Of a stretch of 64,000 bases of DNA, positions 24,386 to 36,492 are shown one piece after another; within the stretch, counting starts at the first letter, position 1, and each line of letters starts with the position of its first letter. A program made the position numbers and the translations under genes. Source of the stretch: Vicugna vicugna. Lineage: Eukaryota. Location of the stretch: assembly GCA_013265495.1 (NCBI GenBank), contig MU062295.1:930001-994000 (forward strand). Reading direction: 5' to 3'. The notes under the pieces are model-generated. The model saw nothing but the letters and a program-made list of their open reading frames with translations. It was not told the origin of the DNA and searched no databases.

Positions 24386-25510
24386 GATGAACATTGGAGA
24401 GCATGTAACTTTTCAAATTAGAGTTTTCGTTTTTCTNNNNNNNNNNNNNNNNNNNNNNNNNNNNNNNNNNNNNNNNNNNNNNNNNNNNNNNNNNNNNNNN
24501 NNNNNNNNNNNNNNNNNNNNNNNNNNNNNNNNNNNNNNNNNNNNNNNNNNNNNNNNNNNNNNNNNNNNNNNNNNNNNNNNNNNNNNNNNNNNNNNNNNNN
24601 NNNNNNNNNNNNNNNNNNNNNNNNNNNNNNNNNNNNNNNNNNNNNNNNNNNNNNNNNNNNNNNNNNNNNNNNNNNNNNNNNNNNNNNNNNNNNNNNNNNN
24701 NNNNNNNNNNNNNNNNNNNNNNNNNNNNNNNNNNNNNNNNNNNNNNNNNNNNNNNNNNNNNNNNNNNNNNNNNNNNNNNNNNNNNNNNNNNNNNNGANNN
24801 NNNNNNNNNNNNNNNNNNNNNNNNNNNNNNNNNNNNNNNNNNNNNNNNNNNNNNNNNNNNNNNNNNNNNNNNNNNNNNNNNNNNNNNNNNNNNNNNNNNN
24901 NNNNNNNNNNNNNNNNNNNNNNNNNNNNNNNNNNNNNNNNNNNNNNNNNNNNNNNNNNNNNTAAGACATGGAAGCAACCCAAATGTCCATCAACAGAAGA
25001 CTAGATTAAGATGTGGGGTGTGTGTATGTATATTTATAATATTCCACATATACAATGGAATATTACTCAGCCATTAAAAACTAAAATTCTGCCAATTGCA
25101 GCAATGTTGGAGGACCTAGGGAATATTATGCTTAGTGAAGTAAGTCAGAGAAAGACAAATACTGTATGAAATTACTTACATGTGTAATCTTTTTTAAAAA
25201 TACAAATGAATATATATGCAGAACAGAAACAAACCCACAGATATAGAAAAAAAAGCTTGTGGTTACCAAAAGGTCAGGGGGGGACAAATTTGGGGTATGA
25301 GATAAATAGATACAAACTACTATGTAAATAATAGGCAAGCAAGAAGGACATAGTATATAGCACAGGGAATTATAGCCATCATCTTGTAATAACCTATAAT
25401 GGAGTGTAGTCTGCTAAAACAGTAAATCACTACGATGTACACCTGAAAACAATATAATATTGTAAATCAACTATACTCTAATAAAAAAAGAAAAGAAAAA
25501 AAATTAAAAA
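24386..25510. mobile_element. L1 with 5' inversion, inserted into an older L1MB-like 3' end
   Basis: 24386-24436 is antisense ORF2 end; 24962-25490 is sense ORF2 end/3'UTR plus A-tail; host element halves at ~24340-24385 and ~25719-25830. Confidence 0.75.
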
Positions 25511-25512
25511 CT

Positions 25513-25640
25513 GGAGGATGTGGGTATAGCTTAGTGGCTGAGTGCATGCTTGGCATGCACGAGGTCCTGGATGCAGTCCCCAGTACCTCCAGTAAAATAA
25601 ATAAATACAAAATCAACAATAGCAACAACAACCAAAAAAA
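25513..25640 (+). mobile_element. Camelid tRNA-Ala-derived SINE in the L1 tail
   Basis: gggtatagcttagtggctgagtgcatgcttggcatgcacgaggtcctgg...ccccagtacctcca plus (CAA)-rich tail. Confidence 0.88.
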
Positions 25641-25936
25641 TGTTCAGTAAATGTAAAATACACACTAGATCTCAAAGACGTGGACAAAAACGAACAGTGC
25701 AAAATATCTCGGTAAAAAAAAATACATAGTTGTGATGATTGTACAGCAGTGTGAATGTACCTAATTGTACACTTGAACTTGACTAAAATGGCAAATTTTA
25801 TATTATACATCTTTTACCACAATAAAAAAAGTTTTGGGGAAAAAAGGCCTTTGGACATCATGTACTTACATTCCAAGGTAGGAGAAAGGGCTTAGGGGAA
25901 AGTCTTATAGATAGATATGTACATATATTCATTTAC

Positions 25937-25991
25937 CTTGAAGTGATGCAAAGTACACATTTACATCAATTCTTTGGAATTCTTTGACAAT
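25937..25991 (-). CDS. SLC26A4: Pendrin exon 18 (55 nt): IVKEFQRIDVNVYFASLQ
   Basis: Manual translation; tttttag acceptor, AAG|gtaaat donor. Confidence 0.96.
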
Positions 25992-26394
25992 CTAAAAATT
26001 TAAAAAGGAGAATTTGCAACAGTGAGTAACTTTATCTGCTCATAATTCAGTAGCATTCAGTTGCTTGCTCAGGAGAAACTTCCAACACTTTCACGGTTAA
26101 TCAGGAGTTTGAGGAAAGCTCATTATTAGAAAACCACAGTGGTTTTCAGCATAGTGTTAGGGGTGAAAAGACTGTATCTCAAGAGGTGGCAGCATCCAGT
26201 GCTCAGCAGGATAGCACAGAGATGCGCCATAAATATTTGTGGAAGGACGGAGAGACAGGAGGACAGAACGCTTCCTAATGCAGCCCCTGCTGATTAGAAA
26301 GAAGAGCATTAGTTTATATCTTTGAATGAAAGACGTATGGGTGTGGATATGTGGCCACCAGATTCCAAATGTAAAAACTGACCTGCAAACCAGA

Positions 26395-26575
26395 GCCTTT
26401 GTATTTTGACTGTATCAGTGTCAATATCTTGACTGTAATTTTGTACTGTAGTTTTGCAAGATGTTATCATTGAAAGAAACTGAGTAAAGGGTACAGAGGA
26501 TCTCTCTGTATTGTTTGTTACAACTTCATGGAGAGCTACGATTATCTCAAAAGAAAAAGTTTAATTTAAAAAAAT
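26395..26575 (+). mobile_element. Old L1M 3' end
   Basis: gttttgcaagatgttatcattg...aagggtacagaggatctctctgtatt...ctcaaaagaaaaagtt. Confidence 0.65.
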
Positions 26576-27649
26576 CAAGGCGCAAGACCTATGGGCAACA
26601 ATTCAATAGAACTTGAGGTTTTGGGGTGAAAGATCAAGACCTCTATGCAGGTATGTTTGGAGTTTTCAGAATTGTCATTATAACATCTGAAAGCAACTAT
26701 TTGTTAGATGTGGAAAATATCCTGGCATGAAGTTTGATGACTCTTCCCCAAAGTAATTCATTAAACCCTTTGGCCAACAAAACGGATTTGAGCCAATGCC
26801 TGGAATGAAATGCACGAAGATGAACAAGACTACGTTCTCAAATGAGCTAATAACCAGGTCTGCTCCGGGACCTGGAATAGAACCTACCAGCATATTCTCG
26901 CACGCTTTTGTCAGGTATAGTCACTTTTCCACCTGACCTGCCTAGCACCCACATCCTGGCATCATTTCCTGCCTGACAGAGGAAGCCAAGAAGCCCCAGC
27001 TAAGCTAAACCTCAGGTTGGGGTTAGTTTCAGATTATTACATCTGATTGTTGGAACCTTGAACCTGCCTGTTTCTCTGCCTGATCCTCTTGAACCTATCT
27101 GAAGCTTCACCTAAACTTGACACTCCTGGTCAGGGTGACACCCTATAGCTAGTCTGCTTTGGAGCGCTTAGTACAGTTGTTATTTGCAAGATTACTTAAC
27201 ATTTGCTTTGCCCCCCAGACTGCTTAGTCCATGAGGGTAGTGACTTCATAATTAATCTCTTGGGCCTGGCTGAGTGCTTGGCACACATGAGGCATTTCAC
27301 ATCAATTTGTTGAAAGAATCATTGAACTTGAGCTTGCATGCATACCTGGTTTCTGATATCATGAGTGTTTCTGTCCTGCATGCTCCTCGACTCTTTGACG
27401 TCATAAATGCCCAGCCTGCTTCCTGCTGATCTAACCTTGATACTGCCTGAGTTTTCCAGTCCTAACATGAACCTCATTCTGCTGCTATTCACATAATAAA
27501 AACATAACATATAATTTTGTCCTTTTTTCTTTCTTTTCACATTCCATGTCCTGTATATTCTCAGAAAAATAAAACATATGTTAATATTTGTTGAGGGATG
27601 ACTATGTTCCAGACACTCTTCATTCTTCTATTATTCATATATATGAATA

Positions 27650-27830
27650 TATTCTCATTTAATCCTCATAACAACCCCATGAAGTCAGTACCATCATTAT
27701 CCCCATATTACAGATGAAGAAATTGAGGTACAGACAGATGAAGCAACTTGCCCAAAGTCACACCACTAGTAAGTAAGTGGTAGAGCCACGATTCAACTCC
27801 AGGTAGTCTGTCTTCACAGCCTGTGCTTTA
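27650..27830 (-). mobile_element. MIR SINE
   Basis: ctcatttaatcctcataacaacccc...tacagatgaagaaattgagg...aacttgcccaaagtcacac. Confidence 0.8.
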
Positions 27831-27930
27831 AAATATCATACTCTTTTGCAAAAGCAGCTCCCTAGAAAAATTACAGAGCTCATGCAATCAGTCACCCTTT
27901 CTACAAGACTGGGCAACCCATACCATTTTA

Positions 27931-28230
<300 letters not shown>

Positions 28231-28304
28231 CTAAAGAAAGAAAACATTGCCAACTTAATTACCAATGATTTGGGATGTCTTTCAACAATTTAAAATTTCT
28301 TAAA

Positions 28305-28393
28305 GGGAACTATATTCAATACCTTGTAATAGCCTAGAATAAAAAAGAATATGAAAGGGAATATATATAATTCATATATTTTATATATATATA

Positions 28394-28425
<32 letters not shown>

Positions 28426-28508
28426 AACTGAATCACTATGCTGTATACCAGAAATTAACACAACATTGTAAATAGACTATACTTCAATTTAAAAAAATAA
28501 AATAAAAT
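28305..28508 (+). mobile_element. 5'-truncated L1 3' end with internal (TA)n(TG)n(TA)n microsatellite, intron 16
   Basis: 13-bp TSD aaaatttcttaaa at 28292-28304 and 28509-28521; L1 tail gactatacttcaattt-(AAATA)n. Confidence 0.88.
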
Positions 28509-29016
28509 AAAATTTCTTAAAAATCCTACAGACTGTTCCTTGGTAAGCAAAACGTCGAGGGGATGAACTCTTCAAGAATGAGGTTTACCTCAGCCCAAAT
28601 TTCAATGTGCTCCAGGAAGAAAAATGGATGAGTGGTGGAGCCAGAACATGCATGATTTCTGGAAGACTGTGGACCTTAGCCAAGAGATACACTGGCAGGA
28701 GAGTTTGAATAACAGATAATAGAGCTAAAGTTAATGAACTTACGAGTGCTTTCTGTTGTAGTTTTCTGGCATTGAATTAGCACTTGTTTTGCTCCTTTCG
28801 GTAAAATTAAGGTTTATTTCACGTTAGGAAAGAAAAAAATCACACCCTGTGTTTCCAAAGAGCACTGCTGGTTTCGTTTTATTCCCTCTTGCCTATAACT
28901 CAGCTGTCCTCTGACATACATATGTCATCTGCTTGTACGCATCTGAGTACCAAAGCGGGTATATTTCATTTTAGACACTAACTGCCTTAGTCTCATCTGA
29001 GAAAGTAAAGGATTTA

Positions 29017-29163
<147 letters not shown>

Positions 29164-29914
29164 TTAAAAGTTCTGGTGCCTAATGCTCATTCGTGGCAAC
29201 TGTTATCTGGAAAGCCTATTTCTCAAGTGACATTATTCTTCAATATATCCTACCAAAAAAGAAATTCTGAGGTCTGATGGAGGTCTCCACTATCAGGCCA
29301 CCCTACCCACACAGAGACTCAGCGAAGGCAGTAGCAAATTAAAGACTCCAAGACAATTGAAAAAAAAAAAAACCCAGCAAAAAATAAACTCTTGAGCTTT
29401 AAGTCTATGTTTTCCAAACTTCATTGACATCATAGAGCCCTTTTGTTATTGCAACATCTGTGAACATTCCTCTGAACCTTAGGAAAACAGTGATCTAGAG
29501 GCAAACCCCAACTTCAAAGTATAGCATGGATTTGCACCAGGATTTCCTGCTTATGTATTCCACTTAGAGTTTTTACCCTTTATTCCAGCTGGGCACACCC
29601 CCCCCCACCCAAACCCCCACTTCTGCCCATGTTCCCAGACTTTCCTCTCAGCCCACATAGTTCCCAGACACCTGACATCTTTCCTTCTGCCCAGCTGCCA
29701 CCCAAAGCCTGATCAACTAACGTGGACTGCTCCCTTCCAAGAAATCTTAACACTTAACTGTCTACACTACTTAATCTTACTTTTGGAACTTAATCAAATT
29801 CTGCCTGGAGACATCTCTTAGTGGTTTTGTGTGGCAGAGTTATTGCTACCTGGATTTTAACATATGTGTTGTTGTTGTTTTTTTCCTATCCTCAAACAGA
29901 TTGAAAGTTATTTG

Positions 29915-30064
29915 GGGGGAAGGCATAGCTCAAGTGGTAGGGTGCATGCTTGGCATGCACAAGGTCCTGGGTTCAATCCCCAGTACCTCCTCTGAAAAAT
30001 AAATACATACATAAGTAAACCTAATTACCTCCCTGCAAAAATAAACAAATAAAACTTTAAAAAA
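29915..30064 (+). mobile_element. Camelid tRNA-Ala-derived SINE, long-tail form (intron 15)
   Basis: A/B boxes, aaacctaattacctccc tail; 11-bp TSD aaagttatttg at 29904-29914 and 30065-30075. Confidence 0.93.
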
Positions 30065-30153
30065 AAAGTTATTTGAGGGCAAGGATATTTTAATTCTTAA
30101 TGTCTTGTACGAAGGGAATAGGGTATAGGGCCTGTAGGACGAATGAAGTCTCA

Positions 30154-30288
<135 letters not shown>

Positions 30289-32010
30289 CTAGCATTAAAA
30301 AAAAGAAAAGAAAGAAAGAAATTGTGTGAGTTTAAATTATTTCACGCCTCAAATATGCAATTAAGTTTTTGGCTATTCAGTGAGGAGCTGAGTTGCAGTT
30401 GCTCAGGGGAGCCAGGCGGCTGCACTCAACTGTCTTTGAAGAGGGGCTTCATTGCATCTGAGAAGCACTGGGGTTATACACACAGTCCCACAGAAGGTCA
30501 AGTTAGAAGACCTTAAAAAACAATTATTCAACCCTGTGATTTCCAGATAAAGACACTGAGGCTCAGAATGGTGATATGATTTGCCTTAAGGTCATATCAC
30601 TGGCTCTCTCTTCCCCACCCCCAAGCCAAATTCTTTTATAAAGGGGGGGGGGGCAAAATCAAGGGGACTTGCAGGAACTGAGGCCTATGATGTCATTTGC
30701 TTGTTCTTACCCTGATGCACAGTGGCCAGACCACAGGTGGACCCCACAGAATCACAGGCTTTTCTGCTTTTAGGGATCATAGTGATTTTAGTCTAGCCCC
30801 TCCAGATGAGAAAACTGAGGTCCTGAGAGGCTGCGTGACTCAGCTACTCGGCAAGGTCTCCACAAGCCAGAGCCTCAAACTCTGAACCCGAGACTCACCT
30901 AGGGTTCCCTGCCACAGAGCAAAAAGATTCGTTTCTAGAGTCATTTCTAGCTCTTGATGGTACCTGGTTCAACATAACTGAGAAAGATTATAGAAATAAA
31001 TGAAGCAGCAGCTACTGCAATTCCAGTCAGTAGCCAACATTTTTTTAATGTTAAGGTAATATTCGACTACAACTTCCTAGGATTCACATTAAAAAAAAAT
31101 TTTTTTTTGCTTTTAAAAACTATTTGTTGCTAAATTAATATTTTCTTACTTTTCTTTCTTCCTCCCTCCCTCCCTTCATTTCTTTCTAACTTTCCTTCAT
31201 GGCAGGTCCACTTTCTCCATGAGCAATTTCTCCAGTGATCACCACAGTAAATCTGGTTACCGTCTGTCACTAGAGCCTCTTTACCCATTCCTTGCTCTTC
31301 CGTGTTTTAGAAGTGTTGAGAAGAATAGGTATTCACTTTTCTTTGAATCTTTGTTAGAATTTGCCAGTAAAACAGTCTAGCCCTGGGCTTTTGTTTGTTG
31401 GGATTTTTTTTTATTACTGACTTAATCTCCTCACTAGTGATTAGTCTGTCCAGATTTTCTTTTTCTTCATGATTCAGTCTTGCAAGATTGTATGTTTCTA
31501 GGCATTTATCCTTTTTTTCTCAGTTCTACAATTTGTTGCTGTATAGTTGTTAATAGTAGTCTTTTAACGATCCTCTGAATGTCTGTGGTATTATTTGTTA
31601 AGTTTGCCTCTTTTGTTTCTGATTTTATTTATTTGAGCCCTCTCTATTTTCCTGTTTTTTTCTCAGGTGAGCCGAGCTAAAAGTTTGTCAATTTTGTCTA
31701 TCTTTTCAAAGAACCAGCTCTTTGGTTTTTTATCTTTCCTTTTCTTTTTTCTTTCTTTATTTTTTTAAGTCTGTTTCATTTGTTTCCACTCTGATCTTGA
31801 TTATTGCCTTCTTTCTACTAACCTTGGGCTCCATTTGCTCTTTCTCTAGTTCCTTTGGATGTAAATTAGACTGTTTATTTGAGATGTTTCATGTTTCTTC
31901 TGTTAGGCCTGTATTGCTGTGAACTTCCCTCTTAGAACTGCTTTTGCTGCATCTCATCAATTTCAGAATGTTGTATTTCCATTTTCACTGGTCTCGAGGT
32001 ATTTTTTTTT

Positions 32011-32133
32011 TGGGAGGTGGGAGGTAATTAGGTTTATTTATTTATTTTTTTAGATGGTGGTGCTGGGGATTGAACCCAGGACCTCATGCATGCTAGGCAT
32101 ACACTCTAACACTGAGCTATACCCTCCCTCCTT
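32011..32133 (-). mobile_element. Camelid tRNA-Ala SINE nested in L1
   Basis: TSD gaggtattttttttt on both sides (from 31996 and 32134); tail motif present. Confidence 0.9.
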
Positions 32134-33570
32134 GAGGTATTTTTTTTTTAATTCCCCTTTGGTTTCTTCATTGACCCATTGTTTGTTCGGTAACATGTGG
32201 CTTAGTCTTCATATATTTGTGATTTTGTTTTTGTTTTTAGCTTTCTTCTTATAATTGATTTCTAGTTTTTAATACCATTGTGGAAAAGATGTTTAATACC
32301 ATTTCAACCTTCTTACATGTGTTGAGACTTTGTTCTGTTCCTTTCTCTTTCTCTTGCTCTCTTCCCTGTGGTTTGATGACTTTCTTTAATGTTATATTTA
32401 GAGTCTTGTCTCATTATCTTTTGTGTACCTACTGTAGGTTTTTGCTTTGTAGTTACCATGAGGTTCACATATAGCAGCCTGTAAATCTATAAATAAAATA
32501 GCCTATTTTAAGCTGACAGCAACTTAAGTTTGAATGTACTCTAGAATGTCTACATTTTTGCTCCTCCCCCACCTTTTGTTTTAGATGTCATATTTTACAT
32601 CCTTTTGTTTTGCATATTCCTTAGCTATTTATTGTAGTTGTAATTAATTTTACTACCTTTGTCTTTTAACCTTCATGTTAGCTGTGTAAGCAGTTAACCT
32701 ACTACCTTTACTATATATTTGCCTTTACCAGTGAGATTTTTACTTTCATACATTTTCTTGTTGCTAGTTAGTGCCTTTTCCTTTCAGTTTAAAGAAATCC
32801 CTTTCACATTTTTGTGAAGCTAGTTTAGTGGAGATGAACTCCGTTAGCTTTTGCCCGGCTGGAAAACTCTTCATCTTCCCTTTGAGTCTGAATAATAACC
32901 TTGCCGGGTGGAGAATTCTTGGTTGGAAGTTTTGTCCTTTCACGATATACTCTGCGTACATCATGCCACTCCCTTCTGGCCTGCAAAGTTGCTGCTGAAA
33001 AATCAGCTGACTCTCCCACCTTGGGGGTTCCCATGTATGTAACAAGTTATTTTTCTCTTGCTATTTTTAAGATTCAGTCTTTAACTTTTGATATTTTAAT
33101 TATAATGTCTTGGTATAGATCTCTTTGGGTTCATCGTATTTGGAACTCACTGTACTTCCTGGACCTGGATGTTTGTTTCCTTCCCCAGGTTAGGGAAGTT
33201 TTCAGCCATTATTTCTTCAAAAGGTTCTCTGCCCCTCTCTCTCTCTCTCCTCCTTCTTGTTCCCCTACAATATGAATGTTATTCTGCTTGATGCTGTCTC
33301 ATAGGTCCCGTAAGCTGTCCTCACCTTCTTTTTGCTGCTCTGCTTGGGTCAGTCCCACTGCCCTGTCTTCTAGGTTGCTGGTCCATTTTTCTGCTTCATC
33401 CAGTTTGCTGCTGAACTCGTCTAGTGTATTCTTCCGTTCAGTAATTGTATTCTTCAGCTCTGTGACTTCTGTTTAGACTTTCTTATATTTTCTGTCTCTG
33501 TTGAAGTTCTCATGTGTTCATCCATTCTTCTCCTGAGTTCAGTGAGCATCTTTATAACCATTACTTTGAA

Positions 33571-33704
33571 TATTGATTGATTGATTGATTGTTTTGGAGG
33601 GAAGGTATTAGGTTTATTTATTTTTAGAGGAGGTACTGGGGATTGAACCCAGGACCTCGTGAATGCTAAGCATGCACTTCACCACTGAGCTATACTCTCC
33701 CCCC
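33571..33704 (-). mobile_element. Camelid tRNA-Ala SINE nested in L1
   Basis: Perfect 19-bp TSD ttataaccattactttgaa at 33552-33570 and 33705-33723; (ATCA)n tail. Confidence 0.93.
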
Positions 33705-35599
33705 TTATAACCATTACTTTGAACTCTTTATCAGGTAGATTACTTACCTGTTTCATTCAGATCTCTTTCTGACATTTTATCTCAGTCTTTCATTTGGAAC
33801 CTATTCCTCTGTTTCCTCATTTTGCATGATTTTCTGTTTCTGTGTATTAGGCAAAACAGCTACCTCTTCTAGTCTTAAAGGAGTGGCCTGTGTAGGAGAG
33901 GAACCTTATTGTTCAGCCTTGCCCTTGCTCTTAGTTGGCTCTCAAACCTTTGTGCTTGTCTGAGTAGCCTGGTTTATTTTTGATCTGTCCCAGTTGTTGA
34001 GGGTGTGCCAAGACCTGTCAGTGTTCCAAAGGGAGGGCTGTCAGTCAGCACCTGGTTTCAGGCTGATTGGAATCCACATCCTCAGGCAGCAGCTTTTAAA
34101 GTATGCAAGTGCACACAGTCTTGTGGGACCGTAACTGTAAACCCTGCTGACCTCCAAATCAGGAGATCTGGAGATACCTGCTGGATAATGGCTGCAAAAA
34201 CTGGAGCTTCAGATGAGTGTATAAGCTCCTTTCTGGGAGGTACCACAAGCTGCTGTGAGGCCGAGGGAAGGTGCAAGGATGGTGTCTCCCTGCCTACGTG
34301 GCCAAGAGCACCTCTGTAGCCACTACATGTGTGGCAGACCTGCAGCCTGTCCCTCAGGTTGAAGCTCTAGGATAAATAAATGGGCCTTTTTCACAGGCAG
34401 ACCAGGGTATATTTCAGTCTGCTCTGTGCGCAGTACCCTGGGTGTGGTAGACTGCCCAGGACTAGCTTTCCAATGTTTCAGTCTGGTTGGGCCCAGGCAT
34501 GCAAGCCCCTCTGGTACCCCAGGGTTAGGGAACCATGGGGCATTCCTTGTGTGGACTGTGCTGGCCTGCCTGCTTTAGTCTGGCTGCAGGAGAGGGCTGA
34601 GGGTGGGGCACTGCACAGCGTTAGCGATGCAAGAGAAGAGCACAGGGGCGGGGTTGCTGCAGCTCTACTGAAGTCGTACCTGGGTACAGCCACCTGCGCT
34701 AGCAAGGTGTGGGGAGCACGCAAACATGGAGTCTGCCAGCGCCTTCCTCCCTGACGAACATCCCAACTGGTCCTTGCCCCTCTGGCAGATGCTTTAAGAT
34801 GAGCAAATGAATTTCTTTCACATATAGTCCAGGCACTTTCAAACTGCTGCCTTCGTGTTGAGTCCCAGGATGAGTGAGTCCACAAGTGAGCCTCTCAAAG
34901 AAATATCTCATTCCCATAGCACCCCTCCCAGGGCCCCTGGATGTAGCCCCACTGGTTTCCAAAGCGAGACATTTTAGAGGCCTCGTCTCTTTGGTGCAGG
35001 TCCCAAGGGATGTGGTGCACAAACTGCCTGCTCCTGAGGGAGAAGCCCTGGACTTAGGAGATCCCTCCCTATCATGGGCTGTGGAGCCAGCAGTGGGGTT
35101 TTGGGAGACTGCATCTCTGCCTCTCCTTCTTGTCTCCTGTGGCCCTTTAATTCCTTGTTGTGGAAGAGCTGCTCATCTAGCTATCAGTTCTTTTTCAGCA
35201 AGAATTATTCCATATGTAGCTGTAGATTTGGTGTGTCCGTAGGAGGAGGTGAGTTCAGAATCTTCCTGTGCCACCATCTTGGACCAACCCCCTTTATTTT
35301 CTCTCCTTCTCAGTTTTTCATCGATGTTTCCTCTGGTGGTCACTGAGCAATCTTATTTGCAGGGAACACAAGCCCATCATTGGGTTGTTTATTTTCTTTG
35401 TTTTTTGTTTTCTGTATTAATATTATTTCTTCTGATTCCAAGGTTAGGGAAAGATGTCCAACAAGGTTCTTGGTGACAGAACATGAAAGTCTCTTCTTAG
35501 AAATGAACAAAGAAAATCTTACAAGGATTCCATACAATTTCACAGAGGATAAGGGTAACACAGTGCAGAAATAGAATTTTGTTTCTCTTACTTAAAAAA

Positions 35600-36110
35600 A
35601 CGTAATGTCTTGGCTTTCAACAGTGTTACTATAATGTGTCTAGGTGTGGACCTTAGTGTATATTGATTGAGCTCAGTGGGCGTTTTGGATTTGTACATTA
35701 TATCTTTCATCAAATTGGGGAAAATTTTGATACTAATTCAAATATTGTATCTTTTTTTCTCTCTTTTGGGGGACTCCCATCACAAATATGTTGATATGTT
35801 TTATTTTGTTCTAGAGATTTCTGAGACTCTGTCCTTTTTTGGAGGTATAATTGATGTATTACATTTGTTTCAGGTGTACAACCTGATATTTGTGTACAAT
35901 GCAAAATGATCACCACAGTAAGTCTAATTAAATGTCACCATACATAGTTACAAAATTTTGTGCGTGTGATGGCAACTTTTAGGATCTACTCTCTTAGCAA
36001 CTTTCAAATATGCAATATAGTACTGTTAACTAAGGTCACCCTACTGTGCATTACATTGCTATGACTTACGTATTTTATAACTGGAAGTTTGTACCTTTTG
36101 ACCCCCCTTC
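35600..36110 (-). mobile_element. Older L1 fragments (ORF1-region piece plus L1MA9-like 3' end)
   Basis: ataatgtgtctaggtgtggacc...; ggtataattgat...gatctactctcttagcaactttcaaat...gtaccttttgacc. Confidence 0.65.
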
Positions 36111-36422
36111 ACTTGGAGAAATAGAATTTTGATTCAACTCTGGAAATAACTGAATTGCCTATTTTTTTAAATTCCTCTTACAATGGTCTGACATTAAAAT
36201 GACATTTAACTAGCGTGGACAAAATTCATATAAACCAAGGACATCTGAGGGTACATTGGATCAAAAGTTTTCATATTACTCCCAGTGGACTTCTAGACAG
36301 ACTTTCTCAACAGAAGCCTTGCCGTTTGGCTACCTTGAGAAATGCTACAAGAGAAATACGCAACCCCGGAAAATCCAGCTTAGTGAACCCAGATCCACCA
36401 AATATCAAAAAAAGGCACTTAC

Positions 36423-36492
36423 GTTTTTATAACTCTTGGTGCTTTTGTAGATGTCTGTGCTCGGGATGCTTCCAAGGCTGTTCCATGAGGGA
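36423..36492 (-). CDS. SLC26A4: Pendrin exon 14 (70 nt): [23 protein letters not shown]
   Basis: Manual translation; ttttag acceptor, AAC|gtaagt donor. Confidence 0.96.

Larger units (their letters stand above)
31290..35292 (-). mobile_element. L1 with intact 5' terminus, 5'UTR, degenerate ORF1 and partial ORF2; no 3' end (intron 14, sense to gene)
   Basis: 5' end GGGGGTTGGTCCAAGATGGTGGC (YY1-like); ORF 32764-33045 gives QPRILHPARLLFRLKG..KSFP (ORF1p C-terminus); ORF2-type sequence at 31290-32335. Confidence 0.88.

Noticed and set aside
26670-27120. Possible additional old LTR in intron 17
   Set aside because: It has TG/CA-like ends, but I could not match it to a family or find a TSD.
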